A DNA stretch of 46,773 nucleotides from an uncultured Nitrosomonadales bacterium (lineage in GTDB: Bacteria > Pseudomonadota > Gammaproteobacteria > Burkholderiales > Gallionellaceae), in the NCBI GenBank assembly GCA_903873725.1, contig CAIQPV010000417.1:1-46773 (forward strand), written 5' to 3'. The position numbers and the translations under genes were made by a program. Positions 29,113 through 38,874 of this stretch are shown here, in pieces. How positions within the stretch are numbered: position 1 is the first letter of the stretch; each line of letters opens with the position of its first letter. Below the pieces are notes generated by a model. The model did no database searches. It saw only the letters and a program-made list of their open reading frames with translations, and was not told the origin of the DNA.

Positions 29113-30039
29113 CTAATCTTTGCTTTCCCCTGGCAACCTGTTTGATTGCCGTGTTCGAAGCTCTGTCAAAGCGGAAGGTAACCCGGGGTAGAGAAAAGAG
29201 TAGCCGAAGGATTCGATTTTCTTTGGAAGAACACGCTGTCCTTCAAGCAGCAAAGTCGCGCGCTCTGAAAGTAACAATTTGAGCAATACTGAAGGAATGG
29301 AAAGCACCGTCAAACCTCGCTGCGCCTCTTTCAGTGACTTGGCGAAGTCTCCGTTAGTAACAGGATTGGGGCTTGTCATATTGAACGGTCCACGTGCATT
29401 CGGGTGAAACATCAAAAAAAGCAGGATCCGAATATAATCGTCGATGTGAATCCAGCTCATCCATTGCTTCCCGTCACCCAATCTGACCCCAAATCCAAAT
29501 GGCAACCGCATGCGCGAAAGTAGTCCGCCGTTTTCGCTCAACACCAGTCCGGTTCGCAACAAACAAACACGCACGCCGTGTCCTTCAGCTTGTAATGCGG
29601 CACTTTCCCAGTCGCCACAGAGATCAGCAGAAAACCCCCGGCCGATGGCAGATGTCTCATCGAGCAACTCGTTTCCCCGGCTTCCATAGTAGCCGATTGC
29701 CGATCCACTTAATAAAACCGTCGGTTTCCGGTTGACGGTCGCAATTTTGCGAACCAGTTGTTGCGTGAGGGTTACCCGGCTATCCCGGATCTCCTGTTTT
29801 TGTCGTACTGACCAATGCTTGTCAGCGATGGGTTCACCCGCCAGATTAATGACTACGTCAAAAACCTGTTCCGGATTCCATTGATCCAGTGAAGTGAAAA
29901 TACCGGTACCCGGGCCGCATTTGCTTATTACCGTATCCGGATGCCGACTTAATACAGTCAACTGACAGCCGCGTTGGTGCAAAGCCTTCGAAAGAATTCC
30001 ACCTATCAACCCGGTGCCACCTGTCATCAATATGCGCAT
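29113..30039 (-). CDS. TIGR01777/YfcH-family NAD-dependent epimerase-like protein (SDR with DUF1731)
   Basis: 308 aa. MRILMTGGTGLIGG Rossmann motif. Length and C-terminal region are typical of the YfcH family. Confidence 0.85.
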   Translation of the reverse strand: MRILMTGGTGLIGGILSKALHQRGCQLTVLSRHPDTVISKCGPGTGIFTSLDQWNPEQVFDVVINLAGEPIADKHWSVRQKQEIRDSRVTLTQQLVRKIATVNRKPTVLLSGSAIGYYGSRGNELLDETSAIGRGFSADLCGDWESAALQAEGHGVRVCLLRTGLVLSENGGLLSRMRLPFGFGVRLGDGKQWMSWIHIDDYIRILLFLMFHPNARGPFNMTSPNPVTNGDFAKSLKEAQRGLTVLSIPSVLLKLLLSERATLLLEGQRVLPKKIESFGYSFLYPGLPSALTELRTRQSNRLPGESKD

Positions 30040-30060
30040 GCGTTACTCTCTCAAGATTCT

Positions 30061-31500
30061 TCAATAAGTGATCTGATGACGATTGGCATCTTTATAAAGT
30101 GCGAGGGTCTGTATTCTGGCCAGAGCATGGTCTACGACCGGATTGGGGTAATTTTGTCCGATCACCACCCCGCAACGTTGTTGTTCGACTGTTGGCATCA
30201 GCCACGGGGCGTGAATCCATTTGTCCGGGCAGTGCGAGAGTTCGGGCACATGGCACCGAATGAATTTACCCTGTGCATCGAACTTTTCGGATTGGGTAAT
30301 GGGATTGAAAATGCGAAACCATGGTTGTGCGTCGCAACCGGTTGAGGCAGCCCATTGCCACCCGCCATTGTTTGATGCGAGGTCGAAGTCCAATAGTTGT
30401 TGTGCAAAATAGCGTTCGCCCCAACGCCAATCGATGTGCAAATCTTTTACCAGAAAAGAGGCCGTCACCATGCGCAGGCGATTGTGCATGTAGCCTGTTT
30501 GATTGAGTTGGCGCATTGCGGCATCAATGAGCGGGAATCCGGTGCGAGCTTCACACCATGCCAAATACTTTTCCTTGTCATTGGGAAAAGCAATCGTGTT
30601 GAATTGCGGTTTGAAGGTTTGTCCGTGTGCCAGGCGGGGATGATGGTGCAGTAGCATTTGGTAGAACTCCCGCCAGATCAGTTCGTTCAGCCAGGTTTGC
30701 GCCCCTGTTCCGCCCGCGTAATAAGCATGTGATGCGAGTCGGCGAATGGAGATGGTGCCGAAGCGCAAGTGAGTTGACAGGCAAGATCCGCCATTCTCAG
30801 CGGGATAATCGCGCGCTTCACGGTACTGCGCCATACGCTTCAAGAAATTTCCAAACAATTGCTCTGCGCCGGATTCTCCGGTTGGTAACGATTTTTTTGA
30901 ATTTGCCGGGGCAAACCCGAAAGTCTCTAAATCCGGCAGGAATGCGGCAGAGTCAGGGGCGAGCGTCGAAAAATATTTCTCTGTGGGGTATGCGCGCAAA
31001 TAAGAATCATCCAGTTTTTTTAGCCAAGCATTCTTGTAGGGAGTGAACACACTGTATGGATGGCCGGCACCGGTAAGTATCTCCGACTGCTCGAAGATAA
31101 CCTGGTCTTTGTAGTGATGGAACGTAATTTCCGATTGTGCCAGCGCTGCTTCAACCCCGGCATCGCGCTCCATTGCATCCGGTTCGTAATCATGATTACA
31201 AAACACCGCTTGCACATCAAGTTCGTGTGCCAAGCGGGGAATTTCTTGCCGAGCCTTGCCGACCAATATGCGTAATGTACTGCCTTGTCGCAGTAAGTTT
31301 TCTTGCAGTTCGCGCAGGCTATGCCAGATGAATTCGAGTCTGCGATCCTGCTTGCCGACCAGCTTATCCAGTATGTCGGTATCGAATACGAACACGCAAT
31401 GAACGGATGCGCTTTGTTTCAAAGCGTGATACAACGCCGCGTGATCCCGCAAGCGGAGATCGCGGCGGAACCAGCAGAGTGCGCGTGAATAGAGCGGCAT
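30061..31500 (-). CDS. phrB: Deoxyribodipyrimidine photo-lyase (class I CPD photolyase/cryptochrome family)
   Basis: 479 aa. WFRRDLRLRDHAAL N-terminus and the FAD-binding block TGFPLIDAAMRQLNQTGYMHNRLRMVTASFLVKDL...NNGGWQWAASTG. Confidence 0.93.
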   Translation of the reverse strand: MPLYSRALCWFRRDLRLRDHAALYHALKQSASVHCVFVFDTDILDKLVGKQDRRLEFIWHSLRELQENLLRQGSTLRILVGKARQEIPRLAHELDVQAVFCNHDYEPDAMERDAGVEAALAQSEITFHHYKDQVIFEQSEILTGAGHPYSVFTPYKNAWLKKLDDSYLRAYPTEKYFSTLAPDSAAFLPDLETFGFAPANSKKSLPTGESGAEQLFGNFLKRMAQYREARDYPAENGGSCLSTHLRFGTISIRRLASHAYYAGGTGAQTWLNELIWREFYQMLLHHHPRLAHGQTFKPQFNTIAFPNDKEKYLAWCEARTGFPLIDAAMRQLNQTGYMHNRLRMVTASFLVKDLHIDWRWGERYFAQQLLDFDLASNNGGWQWAASTGCDAQPWFRIFNPITQSEKFDAQGKFIRCHVPELSHCPDKWIHAPWLMPTVEQQRCGVVIGQNYPNPVVDHALARIQTLALYKDANRHQITY

Positions 31501-31610
31501 TAAAATTTAACCTTTCCGCAAACTACTCAACCCGGATTTCCCATACCCAAGGGGAACAATAGTTTTATTGGTTTTTCCAAGTCGGCGACCTGGGTTCGAC
31601 TCAAGACGCT

Positions 31611-32822
31611 TCAATCACCGATTCCGATTCTTCGCTCACCACCCTCGATTTCTGTTGCCAACTCAATCACTTTCTGAAGATATCCAAGTGACTCATCCGG
31701 CTTGTGCAGCTTCTCTGCCAACTGTCCCAGCATAATATAGGCAGCGCGACTGGGCGACACGCTGACGCTGGCTTCCAGATAGCTCTGCGCTTTGCCCCAC
31801 AAACCTTGATGCAGGCAAAGCTTGCCCAGCGCCAGCAACAAGCCGGCGTCATCAGTATGTTCTTTAAGCCAACGTTCGGCCTGTTCGATCTGCCCGATTA
31901 CATCGCCTGCCAGGCAGTCACCATACAGTTTTACCAGGTCGCTGTCCCACTGCGCATTCAGGCTGTAGGTGAGCACCTGCTGCGCGTTTTTACAATCTCC
32001 CGATTGGATGAATGCGCGCGCGCCGGCAGTGGCAATTTTGGTACGTTGTTTCAATTCGTCGGGGATGCTTCTCCATACTGTCAGTAATTCCGTGGCATTT
32101 TGCGTTTGGTTGCGGATTTTTTCCAGCCAGGCTTGTTGACGCATCTGCGAAGCGTAAGTGGCATTTATAGCTTCGCGTTTTTCCAGTTGGTTCACTACAT
32201 CGAGCACCCCATCCCACTTTCCTGCCTGTTGCTGTGCCTTGAGCTCCAGATGCAGTGCGCCGACATGGCCGCGCACACCCACTTCACGCAAACTTTTAAG
32301 GGTCTCCAGCGCTGCCAGCGGCTGGTGTTGGTCGAGGTTGAATTTGGTCGCCGCCATCAGCCGCATGGTGGTTTCACCCACCGTATTGTCCTCGGCTACG
32401 GCGAGGTAGGCGTCACGTTTGCCGAATTCGCGTAACTCGTGTGCGGCACGCGCGGCAATGATTGGGTTAAGGGTGGAATTTTCACCCAGCTCCATTGCAT
32501 GCGCTGCCGCCTTTTCGGCCACCGCGTAACGCCCTTCAAAAAATGCTCCCAGCGCTTCCATCATGGCCGAGCGTCCCTTGGCACGGGTGCGTTCGGAACG
32601 GAACTTGCGCACGTAGGCCGGCAGATTCAATGCGGCAGACAGCAGTCGCAGCGCCAGATAGCCGAACACGAACAAGGCCAGCATTCCTGCCGCAAACAGT
32701 GAGAGGGACATCTCGATACGGTAGGGCGGATACGCCAGCAGCACGTAGCCGGAATTGTGCGCAGCCAGCGTCAGTGCAACGGCAAGTGCGAACAGCCCGA
32801 GTAACCAGAACAGGAATTTCAT
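31611..32822 (-). CDS. hemY: HemY-family protein (HemY_N + TPR)
   Basis: 403 aa. Two N-terminal TM helices and a TPR-like C-terminus. Lies downstream of hemX in hemCDXY order, with a 4-nt overlap with hemX. Confidence 0.85.
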   Translation of the reverse strand: MKFLFWLLGLFALAVALTLAAHNSGYVLLAYPPYRIEMSLSLFAAGMLALFVFGYLALRLLSAALNLPAYVRKFRSERTRAKGRSAMMEALGAFFEGRYAVAEKAAAHAMELGENSTLNPIIAARAAHELREFGKRDAYLAVAEDNTVGETTMRLMAATKFNLDQHQPLAALETLKSLREVGVRGHVGALHLELKAQQQAGKWDGVLDVVNQLEKREAINATYASQMRQQAWLEKIRNQTQNATELLTVWRSIPDELKQRTKIATAGARAFIQSGDCKNAQQVLTYSLNAQWDSDLVKLYGDCLAGDVIGQIEQAERWLKEHTDDAGLLLALGKLCLHQGLWGKAQSYLEASVSVSPSRAAYIMLGQLAEKLHKPDESLGYLQKVIELATEIEGGERRIGIGD

Positions 32823-33913
32823 CGCGCCGGCTTCTCGCGGGAGACGCGGTAATTACGTACTCCTTCCAGGCTGGCGCTGACATCGGGCAGTTCAATGCTG
32901 ATATTGGACGCGCGCAATGTTTGCAGGGTGACGACCGCCTGGGCGCCGTCGGCAGATTTTGTGTCGAAGTAGCGCATTACCCATTCGTGCGTTGCTTGCA
33001 GGTCATGCTTGAAGCTGGTTTCGTCGCGCGCAAGCAGTGCCAGGCGGGCGGATAGCAGGCGCAGCTTCAGGTTCTCGCGCAGAAAGAAAGTCTGCGTGGG
33101 CGAGAGCAAAGGCATCTCTTGTTTTTGCGTATTCTCGATGCGTACCAAGTGCTTCGCGTCATCCCATATTTCATGCAGCAGCTTCTGCCAGCCCGATTCC
33201 ATGGGTGTGACGGGTGTTGTGATCCGGGTCTCTGGCGGCAGACGGGTGTCCTGCGACAGCGGCAACGAATCTACTTCAGCTGTCAGGTTGTCGAGGCGAA
33301 GATTGATGCCCGGCACATCCACATTAGGCAATGCCCGCAACTTATCCATATCGCGGGCAATGGTTTTGCGCAAACCGTTCAGTGATGCGCGATCCATGCG
33401 CTTGAGATAATCGTCGGCCTGCTGCATGGCAATCAACGCGGCCTTCACATTGGCGGAGAGCTGCAACTGCTGCCCGGCGATCAGCAGCATCTGTTCAACC
33501 TGGGCCAGCACGGTTTCGTCACGGCTGTTGGAAAGCTCCTGATACAGGGTTTCCAGTGCGGCGCGCTGGTTCTGCGCCTCGGCATAATGTGCTTCCAGCA
33601 ACGCCACTTTTGCGGACAATTCACGCGTGGTTTCCTGCCCTTGCGTCACCAGCATCTGGCTGGCCTTGTTATTACCTTCCATCTCGGCCAAACGGAGCGC
33701 CAGCTCCTGCTCCATGTTGCCGATCTGGCGGTGCGTGTCGAACCATTGCCACGGGAATATCACCAGCACCACAGCCAGCGTCATCTGGGCAATGCTCATG
33801 CGCGCAATAACGTTCGCTACGGGATTGTTATGGGGCGCAACGGCGGTCGTTGCCGGGGTCTCCGGTGCAGCGGGGGTGTTATTCGGTTCTGCGGGCGATG
33901 CTTGCTCGTTCAT
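32819..33913 (-). CDS. hemX: HemX-family protein (often annotated uroporphyrinogen-III C-methyltransferase)
   Basis: 364 aa. Pro/Ala-rich N-terminus, a single TM helix and long coiled-coil-like periplasmic region. Position between hemD and hemY. Confidence 0.8.
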   Translation of the reverse strand: MNEQASPAEPNNTPAAPETPATTAVAPHNNPVANVIARMSIAQMTLAVVLVIFPWQWFDTHRQIGNMEQELALRLAEMEGNNKASQMLVTQGQETTRELSAKVALLEAHYAEAQNQRAALETLYQELSNSRDETVLAQVEQMLLIAGQQLQLSANVKAALIAMQQADDYLKRMDRASLNGLRKTIARDMDKLRALPNVDVPGINLRLDNLTAEVDSLPLSQDTRLPPETRITTPVTPMESGWQKLLHEIWDDAKHLVRIENTQKQEMPLLSPTQTFFLRENLKLRLLSARLALLARDETSFKHDLQATHEWVMRYFDTKSADGAQAVVTLQTLRASNISIELPDVSASLEGVRNYRVSREKPAR

Positions 33914-33949
33914 AAGCTTATTTCCAACTTTTCAGCGAACCTCTAATAT

Positions 33950-34090
33950 ATTCGTCATTCCCGCGTAGGCGGGAATCCAGTCATTAAAAGCCCCTGCATA
34001 GCGAGGACAAAATCCAGAGGCGTGTTAATAAAACCAATGGGTTCCCGCCTATGCGGGATAACCAGCGACTTGCCCGCTTGCGGGCTTAGT
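33950..34090. repeat. Cluster of three CCCGC-N-GCGGG hairpins ('IPAxAGI'-type REP/MITE-like element) in the hemD-hemX spacer
   Basis: Three hairpins: 33957-33976 ATTCCCGC-gtag-GCGGGAAT (perfect 8-bp arms), 34043-34058 TCCCGC-ctat-GCGGGA, and 34072-34085 GCCCGC-tt-GCGGGC. Confidence 0.6.
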
Positions 34091-34142
34091 CGAATGGCTA
34101 GTAGTTTCATCAATGACGGAGTTTTGCATTTTTGCGGCTTTA

Positions 34143-34910
34143 TCAATAGCATTCCCCTGCCCATGCTACCAAACTTGAGAGCACCCCGTCATCTCCATCC
34201 GCAGTTTTTATTACATTGTGCCATCCCAGACGTTGTGCGGTGTTGGCAATGCGGGCGTGCGGCACGAACAGCGGAATGGAGGTAAGCCTTATCCTACCTT
34301 GCTCATCGAACATGTCCCACAGATACCCCAGAGCCTCGCTGCTGGTCACGATGATGGCATGGGGATTAGTGGCGAGCAATGCGGTACTATCCTGTTGTGG
34401 TTTTGAACGTTGATAGCATTCGGCATATTCTACCGTCGCACCGCGTGCCTTCAGAGTGTCGCCCAACAGTTCACGCCCGCCGTTGCCGCGAAAAATTATT
34501 ACCCGCCAGTCCCTTACATTTTGCAATGCAGGCAAGGCCAGCAGGGTCTCGCTATCGAAGCGATCCTGCGGTGCGATAATTTCTTGTACGCCCAGATCGC
34601 GCAGTGCCTTGGCACTGCTTTGGCCCACGGTGGCAATTTTTAGTTTGGCTGGTAATTGCCCCGCTGCCTTAATGGTTTCTATTCCATAGCGCACCGCATT
34701 GGGGCTGATAAAAATAGCCAGATCGAATTCATGCAGGCGTGCGACGAGTGCGCGTAATTTGTGTGGGTCGGCTGTCGGAGTGATCTCCAGCAGCGGAAAT
34801 AACACAACCTTGCCGCCTGCCTGTTCGATATGCTGTGCCAGTTGTACCGCCTGCTCGCGCGGGCGGGTCACGGCGATGCTCAGTCCGGCTAGGGGGAGGG
34901 CAGGGGACAT
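34143..34910 (-). CDS. hemD: Uroporphyrinogen-III synthase
   Basis: 255 aa. Two-lobe HEM4-like sequence. Located between hemC and hemX. Confidence 0.88.
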   Translation of the reverse strand: MSPALPLAGLSIAVTRPREQAVQLAQHIEQAGGKVVLFPLLEITPTADPHKLRALVARLHEFDLAIFISPNAVRYGIETIKAAGQLPAKLKIATVGQSSAKALRDLGVQEIIAPQDRFDSETLLALPALQNVRDWRVIIFRGNGGRELLGDTLKARGATVEYAECYQRSKPQQDSTALLATNPHAIIVTSSEALGYLWDMFDEQGRIRLTSIPLFVPHARIANTAQRLGWHNVIKTADGDDGVLSSLVAWAGECY

Positions 34911-34956
34911 TACGAAATTGGAAACATATCTATAAAATCAATCGTAGTGCATATTT

Positions 34957-34994
34957 ATTCGCACAGCTATTTGTGCGTGCGAATGAATTCGCAC
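34957..34994. repeat. Palindromic element built from the 8-mer ATTCGCAC / GTGCGAAT (three alternating copies) in the hemC-hemD spacer
   Basis: ATTCGCAC at 34957-34964, GTGCGAAT at 34977-34984 and ATTCGCAC at 34987-34994. The last two form GTGCGAAT-ga-ATTCGCAC. Confidence 0.55.
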
Positions 34995-35039
34995 CTACAT
35001 CCCTCCAGGCTATTCATCGGCATAAGCTGTGGGCAGGGT

Positions 35040-35984
35040 TTACAAAGCCAGCGCCGCAAGAATCGCACCCGCGCCTTGCGCCAGCAGGTCTTGCGCCACG
35101 GCCTTGCCCAACGCCTCTGGATCACTCACGCTGCCGGTCTGCTCTGCACGAATTAGACGCGTGCCGTCAGGCGTGGCGACAAAACCTCGCATCCGCAGCT
35201 TGTCGCCAGCCACTTCGGCAAAGCCACCCAGCGGCACTTGGCAACTGCCTGACAATGCACGGCTCATGGCGCGTTCGGCCATCACGCAGGCGGCAGTGTC
35301 GGCATGGTGCAACGGTGCCAGCGTGCCGACCAGATCGGCACGCTCGGTTCGACATTCAATACCTAGAGCACCTTGTCCCACGGCAGGTAGACTGTCATCG
35401 CTGGAAATAATATCGCGGATGCGTGCGCCCAAGCCCAGCCTCTTCAATCCGGCAGCAGCGAGGATGATGGCGGCGTATTGTCCTTCGTCCAGTTTGCGCA
35501 GACGGGTCTGCACGTTGCCGCGCAACGGTTCGATTTTCAGGTGCGAAAAACGTGCGCGCAACTGGCTTTCGCGGCGCAGGCTGGAAGTCCCGACTACTGC
35601 CCCGGCGGGTAGCGACGCGAGATTGGCGTAATTGTTGGAAACGAAGGCATCGCGCGGGTCTTCGCGTTCTCCGATGCAGGCGAGCATGAAACCTTCCGGC
35701 AAATTCATCGGCACGTCTTTGAGCGAATGCACGGCAATGTCGGCGCTGCCATTTTCCAGAGCGGTTTCCAATTCTTTCACGAACAAACCTTTGCCACCAA
35801 TCTTGGACAGTGTGACATCAAGTATCTGGTCGCCCTGCGTGGTCATGCCCAGAATGCTGACTTGGGTTTGCGGATATAATGCACGCAGCCTGTCCCTGAT
35901 GTGTTCCGCCTGCCACATGGCTAACGCGCTTTCACGCGATGCGATCACAATACGGGAAGGGAAATTTTGAGTTGTTTGGCTCAT
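35040..35984 (-). CDS. hemC: Hydroxymethylbilane synthase (porphobilinogen deaminase)
   Basis: 314 aa. [32 protein letters not shown] and GQGALGIE are canonical HemC motifs. Confidence 0.96.
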   Translation of the reverse strand: MSQTTQNFPSRIVIASRESALAMWQAEHIRDRLRALYPQTQVSILGMTTQGDQILDVTLSKIGGKGLFVKELETALENGSADIAVHSLKDVPMNLPEGFMLACIGEREDPRDAFVSNNYANLASLPAGAVVGTSSLRRESQLRARFSHLKIEPLRGNVQTRLRKLDEGQYAAIILAAAGLKRLGLGARIRDIISSDDSLPAVGQGALGIECRTERADLVGTLAPLHHADTAACVMAERAMSRALSGSCQVPLGGFAEVAGDKLRMRGFVATPDGTRLIRAEQTGSVSDPEALGKAVAQDLLAQGAGAILAALAL

Positions 35985-36066
35985 CGGATTTCCTGAGATT
36001 CAGTAGCTTGTATGCGCCGTATTCTAACATAGGGCACACAGTGTTTTTGGATCGAACATTTTTGAG

Positions 36067-38850
36067 ATGAATGTGATGAATTTATTTTCCCCTTCTGCCG
36101 ATATTTCCAGTATAGATTTGCCTTTGCGCGAGGATGTGCGCCTGCTTGGCCGCATTCTCGGCGAAACGCTGCGCGCCCAGGAGGGCGAGGAATCTTTCCA
36201 TCTGGTCGAGAACGTGCGCCGTGCCGCAGTACGCTTTCGCAAAACTCAGGATAATCGCGATGGCGAACATCTTGAGCGCATGCTGGATTCGCTTTCACCC
36301 AGCGATACACTGGCGGTGGTGCGCGCCTTCAGTTATTTCTCGCAACTGTCCAATATTGCCGAAGACCTGCATCACAATCGCCTCCACCGCGCCCACCTTA
36401 AATCAAGTAACGCATTGAAAAACGGCAGTCTGCAACTGGCGCTGGAACGCATCGAAGAAAGACAGGTCGGCAAGGAAAAATTGCAGTCGTTTCTCGACAA
36501 CATGCTGGTATCGCCTGTATTGACGGCACACCCTACCGAAGTTCAGCGCAAAAGCATTCTTGATTGCCATTTGATCATTTCGCAACTTGTATCAGACCGA
36601 AACCGCTTGGATATGACGCCGGATGAACTGGCGGAGAACGAGGAAACTTTGCATCGTTTTGTGCTGATCTTGTGGCAGACGCGCATGTTGCGCAGTGTCA
36701 AACTGACCGTGTATGACGAGATCAAGAACGGTCTGGAGTTTTATCGCTATACCTTTCTCACGGAAATCCCCAAGATTTACTCTTATCTGGAAAAACAGCT
36801 GGAAGAGCGCTTTCACAAGGATATTCGCATTCCGCCGGTATTGCGTGTGGGTAGCTGGATTGGCGGCGACCGCGATGGCAATCCCTTTGTTACTCACGAA
36901 GTGATGCTGGACGCGGTACAACAGCATTCTGAAGTGGCATTTGAACACTATCTCAGGGAAACACGCTTTCTGGGTACGCGCCTGAGCCTGACTGACCGTC
37001 TGGTGGAAGTCAGTGAGGAATTGCGCACGCTTGCAGAAGCCTCGCCGGATCACGTGGTGAGCCACGAAGACGAGCCTTATCGCCGTGCGCTGGTGCTGAT
37101 TTATGGGCGCGTCTCGGCGACTGCCATAAAGCTTGGTCATCAAATATCGCACCCGACGCCGCTGGACAAAGAGGCGCAGGCTTATGCCTCGCCGCAGGAA
37201 TTCATGCATGATCTGGATGTGCTGATCGATTCGCTGTTCAAGCACGGCGCGGTGTATCTGGCGCGTGGCCGTATTGCGCATTTGCGCCGTGCTGTGGAAG
37301 TTTTCGGTTTTCACCTGGCTCCCCTCGACATGCGCCAGCATAGCGGGGTTCACGAACAAACGGTAAGTGAGCTCCTTGCCCTTGGCTCGGGGATTAAAAA
37401 CTATTCCGATCTGGACGAAGCCGCGCGCCGCCAAGTGTTGCTGGCCGCATTGCAAGCCGGCAAAGCGTTGATGGCTGACTTTGGGCAGTACACCGATGAG
37501 GTGCAAAAAGAGTTGCGCATAATGCAGACGGCAGCACAAATCCATCAGCGTTTTGGCCATGCCGCGCTTCCCAACCACATCATTTCCAAAACTGATGCGG
37601 TGAGCGACATGCTGGAACTTGCTTTGATGTTGCAACAGGTAAAATTGCTGGAAGGCGGCGATGCGCCGGTTACTTACGTCAATATCATTCCGTTGTTTGA
37701 GACCATTGATGACCTGCGCGGCGGCGCGAAAATCATGGATGAACTGTTCACCATTTCCTGGTATCGCAAATTGTTGGCCAGCCGCAACAACACGCAGGAA
37801 GTGATGCTGGGATATTCAGACAGCAACAAGGACGGTGGTTACATTACCGCCAATTGGGAGTTATATAAAGCCGAGGTTGAGCTGGTAAAAGTATTTGACA
37901 AACACGGTGTCGAGTTACGTCTGTTTCATGGTCGCGGCGGTACCGTGGGACGCGGCGGCGGCCCCAGTTACGACGCGATTCTGGCGCAACCGCCGGGCAG
38001 CGTGAACGGGCAAATTCGCATTACCGAACAAGGCGAAGTCATTTCAAGCAAATATTCCAATCCGGAAATAGGCAGACGCAACCTGGAGACACTGGTTGCC
38101 GCGACCATGGAAGCCACCCTGCTGCATCACCACGGCGCGGACAGCACCATGCCGGAATATCACCGCATCATGGAAGTGTTGAGCCGCAATGCCTATGTGG
38201 CTTACCGTAAACTGGTTTATGAAACTCCCGGCTTCACGGACTATTTTTTCACTTCGACACCGATACGCGAAATTGCAGAACTTAACATCGGCAGCCGTCC
38301 TTCGTCGCGCAAACCGTCAAATCGCATCGAGGATTTGCGCGCTATTCCGTGGGTATTCAGTTGGAGCTTGAACCGCACCTTGCTGCCGGGCTGGTTTGGT
38401 TTCGGCAGTGCAGTGAAGCAATTCATCGCGCAGGAAGGCGAATCCGGGCTTGCTCAATTAAAAGCGATGTATAAACACTGGGCGTTTTTTCGTGGACTGA
38501 TGTCCAACATGGACATGGTACTGTCCAAGACCGATATGGGCATCGCCTCGCGTTATGCCGAGCTGGTCGAGGATGTCGAATTGCGGGAACGGATTTTCGG
38601 GGCGATCAACAATGAATGGGAAATAACAGTTGAAATGCTTCTTGCCGTCACCGGCAGTACCAAATTATTGCAGGACAATCCAACGGTTGCGCGCAGTCTG
38701 CTAACCCGCACTCCCTACATTGATCCGCTCAACCACTTGCAAGTTGCGCTGTTGCAGCGCCACCGTGCCGGAGATGACGACGTATTGGTGAAGCGCGCGA
38801 TTCATTTGACGATAAATGGAATTGCGACGGGATTGAGGAATAGCGGTTAA
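36067..38850 (+). CDS. ppc: Phosphoenolpyruvate carboxylase
   Basis: 927 aa. VLTAHPTE, GYSDSNKDGG and FHGRGGTVGRGGGP motifs, with C-terminal ...TGLRNSG. Confidence 0.98.
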   Translation: MNVMNLFSPSADISSIDLPLREDVRLLGRILGETLRAQEGEESFHLVENVRRAAVRFRKTQDNRDGEHLERMLDSLSPSDTLAVVRAFSYFSQLSNIAEDLHHNRLHRAHLKSSNALKNGSLQLALERIEERQVGKEKLQSFLDNMLVSPVLTAHPTEVQRKSILDCHLIISQLVSDRNRLDMTPDELAENEETLHRFVLILWQTRMLRSVKLTVYDEIKNGLEFYRYTFLTEIPKIYSYLEKQLEERFHKDIRIPPVLRVGSWIGGDRDGNPFVTHEVMLDAVQQHSEVAFEHYLRETRFLGTRLSLTDRLVEVSEELRTLAEASPDHVVSHEDEPYRRALVLIYGRVSATAIKLGHQISHPTPLDKEAQAYASPQEFMHDLDVLIDSLFKHGAVYLARGRIAHLRRAVEVFGFHLAPLDMRQHSGVHEQTVSELLALGSGIKNYSDLDEAARRQVLLAALQAGKALMADFGQYTDEVQKELRIMQTAAQIHQRFGHAALPNHIISKTDAVSDMLELALMLQQVKLLEGGDAPVTYVNIIPLFETIDDLRGGAKIMDELFTISWYRKLLASRNNTQEVMLGYSDSNKDGGYITANWELYKAEVELVKVFDKHGVELRLFHGRGGTVGRGGGPSYDAILAQPPGSVNGQIRITEQGEVISSKYSNPEIGRRNLETLVAATMEATLLHHHGADSTMPEYHRIMEVLSRNAYVAYRKLVYETPGFTDYFFTSTPIREIAELNIGSRPSSRKPSNRIEDLRAIPWVFSWSLNRTLLPGWFGFGSAVKQFIAQEGESGLAQLKAMYKHWAFFRGLMSNMDMVLSKTDMGIASRYAELVEDVELRERIFGAINNEWEITVEMLLAVTGSTKLLQDNPTVARSLLTRTPYIDPLNHLQVALLQRHRAGDDDVLVKRAIHLTINGIATGLRNSG

Positions 38851-38874
38851 TCGAAAATTTTGAGGAGCATTGCC

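Noticed and set aside
31581-31605. tRNA T-arm-like string (cctGGGTTCGActc) between hemY and phrB, considered as a tRNA gene or att-site remnant
   Set aside because: The flanks cannot form a T-stem, acceptor stem or the rest of a cloverleaf, and no duplicated copy was seen elsewhere in the window.
33955-34164. 69-aa ORF in the hemD-hemX spacer
   Set aside because: It is generated by translating the palindromic repeat cluster (...GFPPTRE, IPHRREP). No RBS and no family.
36592-37635. 347-aa minus-strand ORF
   Set aside because: It is antisense to ppc and has no recognisable domains. Shadow ORF.
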